From: a virus
Taxonomy: Duplodnaviria; Caudoviricetes
DNA length: 60,690 nt
IMG/VR virus record: IMGVR_UViG_3300043676_000044
Coordinates: 1 to 60,690 of that record
Direction: 5' to 3' (one strand)
In this document: piece by piece, positions 53,941 through 60,690 of the stretch
Position numbering within the stretch: position 1 is the first letter of the stretch
How the letters are laid out: each line of letters opens with the position of its first letter
Notes under the pieces: model-generated
Seen by the model: only the letters and a program-made list of their open reading frames with translations
What the model was told of the DNA's origin: nothing
Database searches by the model: none
Translations under genes and position numbers: made by a program

Positions 53941-53977
53941 AGTGTGTGGGTTCCTGATTACGGTAGTTGATGGGGGG

Positions 53978-54064
53978 TTAGGCGCGGCAGACACAGAAAG
54001 AGAGTTGCAAGCGCCACACTCGCAGAAATCTAAGCCCGCCGACCTTGCGATAACGTAGGGTCAT
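53978..54064 (-). CDS. 28-aa basic peptide
   Basis: TAATG coupling; MTLRYRKVGGLRFLRVWRLQLSFCVCRA. Confidence 0.45.
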   Translation of the reverse strand: MTLRYRKVGGLRFLRVWRLQLSFCVCRA

Positions 54065-54291
54065 TAGCGGGCACCCATGGCGTAGGCGCGGATGGCTTTG
54101 CTGCCGTGATACATCGCGCCCATGGCGTGGCTCGGCAGGTTTCCGGCGATGCAGCCGCCCTTGATCCTGCGGGCGCCGTTGGCGACGCGGGCCGGGCAAC
54201 GCTTGATTACGATGTTCGCGGGGGGCGCAACCACGTCGCGCTTGCCCAGCGTGGGGGCGAGTAGGAACTTGGCAGAGATCGTGGCTCGCAT
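54064..54291 (-). CDS. First early gene, small basic protein
   Basis: GGAG RBS; directly downstream of the hammerhead and a motif copy. Confidence 0.6.
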   Translation of the reverse strand: MRATISAKFLLAPTLGKRDVVAPPANIVIKRCPARVANGARRIKGGCIAGNLPSHAMGAMYHGSKAIRAYAMGAR

Positions 54292-54315
54292 GGGTCACTC
54301 CGATTACGGTAGTTG

Positions 54316-54366
54316 AAGGTTTCGGGTTCGCACCCATCGTCAGCATGGCGAGCAGCCATGGACCTT
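54316..54366 (-). ncRNA. Type III hammerhead ribozyme
   Basis: AAGG-UC / CAUGGC-UGCUC-GCCAUG / CUGACGA-U / GGGU-GCGA-ACCC / GAAA-CCUU: all core nucleotides and three perfectly paired stems. Confidence 0.88.
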
Positions 54367-54745
54367 GCGTGGCGCGGCCTTCCGCGCAACCTACTGCCTC
54401 CGCATGGTGGGTCCATGCATCTACGGGGTCGAGTGTCCGCACCTGCTGCGCTTGTTAGACGCATGGATGCTTAGGCGCCCCTGCCGGCATCATGTGTGCC
54501 GCGTTGCTGCGTCGGGGTGGATCTCATAAGGGGGTGGAAGGAACAACTACCGGTAGTCAGGGGGGCTGGGGGGCCGGGGGGAGTATTGGACAGGGGTGGG
54601 GGGGTGCCTAGGCCGCGGTTAGGTAAGTCACTCACACGACCAGCACTTTTTGAATACTATGTCACCGCCACTACGTTAGTGACTGGGAATGACCACTACA
54701 TTAGTTTTTCTATCTCCACGCCCCCACCCCGCCCAGCAGTATCTC

Positions 54746-54802
54746 TTGCAGACTCGGGGGCACGGCCTTATATAACAATCATGTTTACGGTAGTTATCCA
54801 CA
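54746..54802 (+). promoter_or_regulatory. Sigma70-like promoter, motif copy and one DnaA-box consensus upstream of the HTH gene
   Basis: TTGCAG-N17-TATATA; TTTACGGTAGTT 54784-54795; TTATCCACA 54794-54802; second -35 TTGACG at 54818. Confidence 0.55.
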
Positions 54803-54873
54803 AGCAGTGCAACTAGATTGACGCACGCGGCTTTAGGCGTGTTCTATTCACGAGCTACTAGAAGGGGGTCCAC

Positions 54874-55320
54874 ATGGCGCAAAAGAGTACGCCCAGTCCA
54901 TCCACCCGGTCGCGCAGCCGCAAGGCCCCGCCGCCGGCCAACACCAACTACAATAGCCTGGCTAAGCGCGACAAGGAGCCGTTGCCTGAGATCGACGAGG
55001 ATCTGGCTGAGCGCCTGGTCGAGCTGCTCGCCGCGATCACCGAGACCACGCGCCCGGCGACCAAGAAGGCGCGCCTGCTCGCGTTCATCATCGAGATGGA
55101 CCGGCTCAAGCAGCTGTTCCCTACCCACCAGGTGGTCGCTGACCATATCGGCTGCTCGGTCGACAATATCCGCACCGCGCTGAACGACAGCATCAAGCGC
55201 AAGCTGGTGACCCAGGAGCTGGTGTTTGTTCCCGGTAACATCGCGCGTCGCGAGAGCACCACGCGGCGGCACCGCTACGCACCAACCAGGAGATTAGCGC
55301 CCGTTACTAGTCTGCTGTAA
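54874..55320 (+). CDS. Winged-HTH DNA-binding protein (repressor candidate)
   Basis: FPTHQVVADHIGCSVDNIRTALNDSIKRKLV. Confidence 0.7.
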   Translation: MAQKSTPSPSTRSRSRKAPPPANTNYNSLAKRDKEPLPEIDEDLAERLVELLAAITETTRPATKKARLLAFIIEMDRLKQLFPTHQVVADHIGCSVDNIRTALNDSIKRKLVTQELVFVPGNIARRESTTRRHRYAPTRRLAPVTSLL

Positions 55321-55504
55321 TACTGATAAACGCCCAAAATAAAACTAAATAAAACGGCTTTAAGGCGTGATAAACCGTACCCGACGGGCAGTCGTTAAAA
55401 ATGCGTTATTCTGGCTCGCTCCATTAATCTCCATCTAGACATTTGTCAGGAAGTATGGGGCGAGTCATTTTTACTGTGGCCAGGATGTCACACCGGGTTT
55501 TCGT

Positions 55505-55540
55505 TTGACACCCCCTGACTCGGGATTTAGATTACGGTTT
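55505..55540 (+). promoter_or_regulatory. Sigma70 promoter with a motif variant over the -10 box
   Basis: TTGACA-N17-TAGATT; ATTACGGTTT overlaps the -10. Confidence 0.65.
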
Positions 55541-55571
55541 AATCATGGGGCTTCCACGAAGGAATACCGTA

Positions 55572-55910
55572 ATGCGCCAGCGGCCGGTCCAAACCTCCTC
55601 CCCTCCCGCGAGTCGGGTCCAGTCTGGAAATGCAGCAGACGCGCAACCGCTACTTCACATGGCCGTGCGCTCGCCGCCGCGGGCGGTGTCGCAGATCGGG
55701 CCGCCGGTCCCCCGCGTCCGCCGTGCCTCCGAGATGAAACTGGCGATAGATCGCGCGCTTGAGGCGGTCGGACGGCTGTCGGACCAGCTGGGCGATGGCG
55801 GGGGCGGCATGAGCGATCAGGAGCTGGTTCAGGTCGCGCAGGGGTTCGTGCGCGCCGTGGCGACCGCCGGGACCCGCCTCGCCTGTATCATAACGCCAAT
55901 AAAGCTATAA
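55572..55910 (+). CDS. Hypothetical protein
   Basis: AAGGA-ATACCGTA-ATG start after a strong promoter. Confidence 0.5.
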   Translation: MRQRPVQTSSPPASRVQSGNAADAQPLLHMAVRSPPRAVSQIGPPVPRVRRASEMKLAIDRALEAVGRLSDQLGDGGGGMSDQELVQVAQGFVRAVATAGTRLACIITPIKL

Positions 55911-56019
55911 CTCTCCGTCGCGTACGGTAAGTAAGCTTTCAAGCTTGCCAGCTGTGGCGGAAGTGTATTAGATCGCCCCACCCCGTCGTGCATACGCGCA
56001 TGGCGTGGAGAGGGGAACC

Positions 56020-56637
56020 ATGAAGGTTGTCGTGCTGGCGTCGCAGAAGGGCGGCGCGGGGAAGACCACGCTGACCGCGCATCTCGCGGTCGAGGCGGCG
56101 CGGCGGGGTTCCCGGGTCGTGGTGGTCGACCTCGATCCGCAGATGGGGCTCATGGAATGGTGGAACGCGCGCGCGGCTGACACACCGGTGGCTGCCCAGT
56201 TCGCCGCCGCCGACCTCGCCGCCGGCATCGCCTCGCTGCGGGAGAGCTTCGATTTCATGTTCATCGACACGCCGCCGGCACTCGGAGACAATATCCGCCT
56301 CGCCATGGCCCATGCCGACCTCGTGGTAATTCCCGTGCAGCCCTCGCCCAACGACCTGCGCGCCGTCGGCGCCACTATCCGCATGGCCCGCGAGGTGCGT
56401 AAGCGGTTGCTGTTCGTGCGGAACAGATCGAACCCCCGGCACGTCCTTGCCAGGGAGACAGCAAGATTGCTGGCGGCGCACGGGCCTTCCGCTCATGGTG
56501 ATATCGGGGACCGCACCGACTTCAAGGCGGCGATGGCTGAAGGGCTGACCGCGTCCGAGATCAATCCATGGTCGCGGTCGGCGGTCGAGGTCGCCGCCCT
56601 GTGGGATGTCGTGGCAGAACAGCTAGGAGGGGTTTGA
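56020..56637 (+). CDS. parA: Short ParA (type Ib/ParF-like) partition ATPase
   Basis: SQKGGAGKTT, DLDPQ, FIDTPP, ADLVVIPVQPSPNDL. Confidence 0.93.
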   Translation: MKVVVLASQKGGAGKTTLTAHLAVEAARRGSRVVVVDLDPQMGLMEWWNARAADTPVAAQFAAADLAAGIASLRESFDFMFIDTPPALGDNIRLAMAHADLVVIPVQPSPNDLRAVGATIRMAREVRKRLLFVRNRSNPRHVLARETARLLAAHGPSAHGDIGDRTDFKAAMAEGLTASEINPWSRSAVEVAALWDVVAEQLGGV

Positions 56638-56867
56638 TGGCCAAGACGCCGATAAAATTATCAGATGGCCTGGTGAATGCCGGTAAGCGCCCCGCGCTCG
56701 GGCCAACTACCGTAGGTCGGGTCTATCCTATGATGCTCTCGGTCCGCGTCGATCCGGCGTTGCTCGACGAGGTGAAGGACCTCGCGCATGCGCGGCGGCT
56801 GAAAATCCAGGATGCGGTGGACGAGATGATGCGCAGCTGGGTGCGGACCAACGGCTCACGGCGCTAA
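56637..56867 (+). CDS. Ribbon-helix-helix partition partner (ParG-like)
   Basis: Coupled to parA; LSVRVDPALLDEVKDLA..IQDAVDEMMRSW. Confidence 0.75.
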   Translation: MAKTPIKLSDGLVNAGKRPALGPTTVGRVYPMMLSVRVDPALLDEVKDLAHARRLKIQDAVDEMMRSWVRTNGSRR

Positions 56868-56891
56868 ATGCAAGCAAGTTTGCCGGTAAGA

Positions 56892-57401
56892 TTACGAGGA
56901 TGGGCGCCCCCCGCTCCCCATTCTGGCCTGGGTCGCGGCCTTCTGCGCCCCCAGGTAGGCCAGCATCCGCCGTTCAGCCGCAATCGCGTCCCAAGGGAGT
57001 GGTTCCTGAGCCTCTTTTTTTATTTCTAACACTTTAGTCGTGCGATCCTGCTGGTCAGAGCGCCGGCGGGGCCAGGGGCAGCCGCGAGCGGTGGCGGTCG
57101 GGCGGTCGGGGGCCGGTTTGAGTAGGATATACAGGTTCGAGGTCTGCTCCGTGCGCCACTTTCCTACGCGCCGTCGCCGTCGCATCCAGGTTAGCAGGCC
57201 GAGCGCACGGGCGTTGTTGAGGGCACGTCCCACCGTCGCGGTGTGGCAGCCGACACGGCGGGCTATGGCGGCGTGGGAGGGGAAAAGAAGCCCTCCATAG
57301 GGCCGGAATGTGGGTAAAGCCCGTAAGACGAGAAATTCTAGCCGGGTCATGTTACCGGCCAGCAGTTCTGCATGGGCTGCGGCGACCAGGGCGGCGCTCA
57401 T
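56892..57401 (-). CDS. wHTH plasmid replication initiator-like protein
   Basis: LFPSHAAIARRVGCHTATVGRAL..GLLTW.RR..QTSNLY, resembling alphaproteobacterial plasmid Rep proteins. Confidence 0.7.
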   Translation of the reverse strand: MSAALVAAAHAELLAGNMTRLEFLVLRALPTFRPYGGLLFPSHAAIARRVGCHTATVGRALNNARALGLLTWMRRRRRVGKWRTEQTSNLYILLKPAPDRPTATARGCPWPRRRSDQQDRTTKVLEIKKEAQEPLPWDAIAAERRMLAYLGAQKAATQARMGSGGRPSS

Positions 57402-57715
57402 GGAGCATCCCCCCGATCGGGAATGTCATCACCGAGGAAGAAAAACTCGGTTTTTCCGTGGAAATTGGTGCGCCAGGTAAGCAAACCGTGAGCTTTTGCT
57501 CGCTTTCGGGCCTCGAAAACCGTCCTTTCACACCAGTTTTCGCCCTCTATTAAGGCTTTATCGGACGGATTTGGGTGCCCGCTTTTGACTAAAAATCGCA
57601 GTTTTTCAAGGATATAAGTGTGTTTATAGGTCAGAATACGGGCTTTGAGGGCTGTTTCCAGCCCCTCGTTCCATGCTTTGAACGCTAATGACGGGGGTTG
57701 CACTCCGCTCTCCAT
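57398..57715 (-). CDS. Second, shorter Rep-like wHTH protein (lower GC)
   Basis: PSDKAL..CERTVFEARKRAKAHGLLTW parallels the downstream gene. Confidence 0.6.
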   Translation of the reverse strand: MESGVQPPSLAFKAWNEGLETALKARILTYKHTYILEKLRFLVKSGHPNPSDKALIEGENWCERTVFEARKRAKAHGLLTWRTNFHGKTEFFFLGDDIPDRGDAP

Positions 57716-57848
57716 CGAGCGGCCCCGCGAAAGATTACATCGCCCCCACCACGCAAAAAAAGACTTGCGTGGACGCCAACTACCGACAACTATGGACCTT
57801 AGTGATGGGTCCTGTTTCGGAGCGGAAGACTCCGGGTAGGTTTGTGGG

Positions 57849-57882
57849 GGTGGTTCTCTTTCGGGGGGCCACCTTTACTTTT
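57849..57882 (+). terminator. Intrinsic terminator of a putative antisense RNA
   Basis: GGTGGTTCTC/GGGGGCCACC stem (needs G-U pairs, so + strand only) followed by TTTACTTTT. Confidence 0.65.
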
Positions 57883-58098
57883 GTACGCCCTTGGCAACAT
57901 CGCCGTCGTGAACCTTGCGCGCATCCGCGCCGCGCTGCAATTCCTAATGCTGTCTCAATGGAACCATGCCATCGCGATCAGGGTCACCAGGAGCAGCAGC
58001 AGTGGCTCGAGCAGTCGCGCGGGGCGCATCCTGTTCTCCCGTCACGGTAGTATGCTATTAGCAATTACCGTAATTGGGATCAACACGAGGAGGGGGTC

Positions 58099-58953
58099 AT
58101 GGCGCAGTCCTACCGCAAGCCTATCCTGGAGGAGGCCGACAGTAGGGATACTCCCACCCAGCAGGCCGCCGAGTACTGCAATGTCTGTCGCTTTGCCATG
58201 GTGCCCGACGCCACCTCCTACCGTTGCCGGCGCGACCCGCCGGTGAACGGCGTCCAGCCCACGGTCAAGGGCACGGACTGGTGCGGCTCTTACGAGATTG
58301 GCACGCCCTATGTGCCTGCCCCGCCCCCCGCGTCCCCGCCTGCCCCGGTCAACGCCGTCCTCCCCCGTATCGAGCAGGTCGCCAACGTGATCAGCTGCAC
58401 CACGGGGAATTGGAGCGGCACGCCGACCAACTACAAATACGACTGGCGTATGGACGGCAAGGATGTCGGGCCGGGCACCGAGAACCCGAACTACATCACC
58501 GTCTCCGCCGATATCGGCAAGACCGCGACCTGCATCCTGACCGCCCGCAACGACTGGGGCGAGGCCAGCGTCACCTCGAACGCGATCGTGGTCGCGGACC
58601 CCGCACTCCCCGTTCCCGAGAACACCACAATCCCCTATGCCAGCCAGGCCGGCGACACGTTGAACTGCACCATGGGCGAGTGGACCGGCACGCCCAGCGC
58701 GTATTTTTACCAATGGAAGGTGGATGGCGCCCCGGTCGGGGATGGCAGCGCGGACTACGTCGCCACCTCCGAGCAGGAAGGTCGCGACGCAATGTGCGTG
58801 GTCAGCGCGTCCAACATTAGCGGCAGCGGGACCGCGCCGCCTTCCAATACCGTCACCATCGCCCACTGGGCACCGCCGCGGTCAGCGCGTCAGGCGCCAC
58901 ATCGCAACCAGGGCGACCACGATGACGCCGCCCGCCACAAGAAAGAAGACTAG
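58099..58953 (+). CDS. Protein with Cys-rich N-terminal domain and two tandem Ig-like domains
   Basis: Two copies of CTxGxWxGTP..Y.Y.W..DG..VG..Y..G....C; GGAGG RBS. Confidence 0.78.
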   Translation: MAQSYRKPILEEADSRDTPTQQAAEYCNVCRFAMVPDATSYRCRRDPPVNGVQPTVKGTDWCGSYEIGTPYVPAPPPASPPAPVNAVLPRIEQVANVISCTTGNWSGTPTNYKYDWRMDGKDVGPGTENPNYITVSADIGKTATCILTARNDWGEASVTSNAIVVADPALPVPENTTIPYASQAGDTLNCTMGEWTGTPSAYFYQWKVDGAPVGDGSADYVATSEQEGRDAMCVVSASNISGSGTAPPSNTVTIAHWAPPRSARQAPHRNQGDHDDAARHKKED

Positions 58954-58972
58954 CCAGTCCACTTAGGTCCAC

Positions 58973-59698
58973 CTACTGGTGTAACGCTGCTTTCTTGCGG
59001 CGTCGGTGGGCGCGCTGGGAACAGGCGGGAGAGCAGTAGCCCTTCCGCCGAAAATGGGCGTAGCCCGCGTAGGACCCGCCGCAGATCGTGCAGAGCAAAT
59101 CGCTCTTGCTGTTATGCTTCTCCCATATGTTCCTGGAGTTGCGCGACGCCCACGCGCGGCCCGCGTCGGTTCGGTGCCACTCGGCTGCGGCGGCGAGAGC
59201 CTTGACGGTGGGGGGTTTGAGGGTGCCCGCCGCAATCCGCTTGAGCGCATGGTGTCGCGCGTGGTCGCTCCGCGAGACCAGCTCCAGATTGTCGATGGTG
59301 TTGTTGGCGGGGTTGTCGTCTTTATGGTGGACCTGGAACCCAGCGGGGCGGGGACCGTGGTGATGCTCCCAGACCGCGACGTGCAGCGAGATGGATATCT
59401 TGCGCCGCTGGTTCGCTTTGCGCTGCCACCAGTCCCGGCCATAGCCGCGTTTCTGCTCCTCTCGCTGTAGGTCGAGGTGTTGTTGCGGGGTGACCAGTTC
59501 AAGGTTGTAGGCGGCGTCGTTACTTGGATCGCCGTCCTTGTGATGGATCTCCATCCCTCGGGGTACCGGGCCGTAGGCGCGCTCCCAGACGGCGAGGTAG
59601 CAGGTAATTTTGCGCCAGAAATAGCGGTTTTTCCCGCCCTGGTAGTAGCGGTTTCCGTTAAACTCCTGGAAGTTGGTTCCATTGATACCGCGAGGCAT
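58973..59698 (-). CDS. Double-HNH homing-type endonuclease with C-terminal Zn ribbon
   Basis: IHHKDGDPSND..NLELV and VHHKDDNPANN..NLELV; CTIC..YCSPAC. Confidence 0.85.
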   Translation of the reverse strand: MPRGINGTNFQEFNGNRYYQGGKNRYFWRKITCYLAVWERAYGPVPRGMEIHHKDGDPSNDAAYNLELVTPQQHLDLQREEQKRGYGRDWWQRKANQRRKISISLHVAVWEHHHGPRPAGFQVHHKDDNPANNTIDNLELVSRSDHARHHALKRIAAGTLKPPTVKALAAAAEWHRTDAGRAWASRNSRNIWEKHNSKSDLLCTICGGSYAGYAHFRRKGYCSPACSQRAHRRRKKAALHQ

Positions 59699-59711
59699 GG
59701 CGCAGTATACA

Positions 59712-60690
59712 TCATGTCCAGCCCATAGGGGATGGTGTTGGAACTGGGCGCCTGGTTGACATACGCAGCACTCTACCAGTAATATTAGTGGATACTCCAA
59801 GTGCAGCATACGTTAGACAATCGCAACAATCTGACCAGGGGTGGAGCTTCTCGGGGATCTCCTCCATCTGGCCGTCGCGCTTCCTGCGGTAACGGTAGCG
59901 GTCGCCCAGCGCCTTCACCAGCGTCGGGCACAGCGCGCGGTTGATCTGCAGGGCGGGCTCGCCCTGGATGGTCCCGCGCAACAACTTCTCCACCGCCATC
60001 AATCGCGGCGCAATCGCGTTCGTCGAGGCGGGGAAACTATGCAGGCCCAGAGCCTTCAGCGCCTCTATGGGGGTCTCCTCGGTGATCTGGCTGCGCTGGT
60101 TGCCCGCCGGGTCGGCCACCACGAAATGGTTCTTGCCGGCGTAGGGCTCCTGCAACAACCGTGGTCGCAGACGCTCCTCGACCATCTGGATCAGGCCCAT
60201 GTCTTCCGTACATATTTCTTCAAAAACCAACAATCGCCCTAACGCATCAACCTGGGTGATCAGGCAGGTTGGGGTGCGGCCGAAATCGAAGGCGACCATG
60301 ATCGGGCGATGCGGGTTGACCACGACTTGCATGTCGCGGACATGGGTGGGTGCGTGAAAAGAACGTCGGAACACCGCCTGCCCGGCGTTACTGGTGCCCC
60401 ACTGGCTCTCGACATGCACCGCCGCCCACTCCGCGTCGCGGCCGTTCATCAGGTCGTCGTAATACGCCGACGGTAGGTTCGCGAGGTTCTCGCCCTGCGG
60501 CGAGATCCCGCTGGGCTGGTGGAACAGCGCCCACCCCGGTGTCGGGTCGAGGACGAATTTCTCGTGGTAGGGGCTGTCCGTGTCCCACGGGTTGCTGTCG
60601 GCGATAAGCCCATACCAGCTGGGCGCGCCGTTGAGCTTGGAGGGGAAACGGCCGAGGCGGCCAAGCAGGGGCGCCACTATATCTAATGGC
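59712..60690 (-). CDS. terL: Terminase large subunit, C-terminal part (RNase H-like nuclease)
   Basis: DSNP motif, AFDFGRTP, VADPAG, HPWSDCCD. Confidence 0.93.
   Translation of the reverse strand, partial: PLDIVAPLLGRLGRFPSKLNGAPSWYGLIADSNPWDTDSPYHEKFVLDPTPGWALFHQPSGISPQGENLANLPSAYYDDLMNGRDAEWAAVHVESQWGTSNAGQAVFRRSFHAPTHVRDMQVVVNPHRPIMVAFDFGRTPTCLITQVDALGRLLVFEEICTEDMGLIQMVEERLRPRLLQEPYAGKNHFVVADPAGNQRSQITEETPIEALKALGLHSFPASTNAIAPRLMAVEKLLRGTIQGEPALQINRALCPTLVKALGDRYRYRRKRDGQMEEIPEKLHPWSDCCDCLTYAALGVSTNITGRVLRMSTRRPVPTPSPMGWT

Noticed and set aside
47200-54800. CRISPR array or integron attC array reading of the repeated motif
   Set aside because: Repeat is only about 13 bp, spacing is irregular and gene-sized, and no cas1, integron integrase or attC hairpins are seen
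54794-54802. DnaA-dependent origin
   Set aside because: Only one TTATCCACA box seen, overlapping a motif copy; not enough to call an origin
1-60690. tRNA genes, integrase, RNA polymerase, genetic-code reassignment
   Set aside because: None recognised by eye; genes are intact in the standard code. tRNAscan-SE and HMM searches would be needed to exclude them fully

Overview
The window is a complete, circularly assembled, high-GC podovirus-type phage genome of about 60,536 bp. Positions 1-154 repeat 60537-60690 with one mismatch, and terL runs across that junction. The likely host is an alphaproteobacterium (inference from promoter style, Rep and PEP-CTERM types). The + strand from 1.1 to 32.8 kb carries portal, scaffold, capsid, adaptors, three tail fibres, a lysis/surface cassette, small basic proteins, nozzle and ejection proteins (including a 2390-aa PLxRFG-type protein). 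The - strand from 33 to 54.4 kb carries replication genes (primase-helicase, SSB-like protein, SNF2 helicase, VRR-NUC, Cas4-like nuclease, family A polymerase), a MoxR/vWA module and small early genes. From 54.7 to 58 kb there is a regulator plus a ParA/RHH/Rep plasmid module; no integrase is seen, so it is probably a phage-plasmid. The two most striking observations: (1) a 13-bp pseudo-palindrome AAYTAC(C/G)GTARTT occurs at least 43 times, mostly co-oriented with transcription, at promoters and start/stop junctions, resembling a stoperator-type genome-wide control system; (2) an intact type III hammerhead ribozyme lies at the head of the early operon, directly next to one of these sites. All calls are from reading the sequence; no searches were run.
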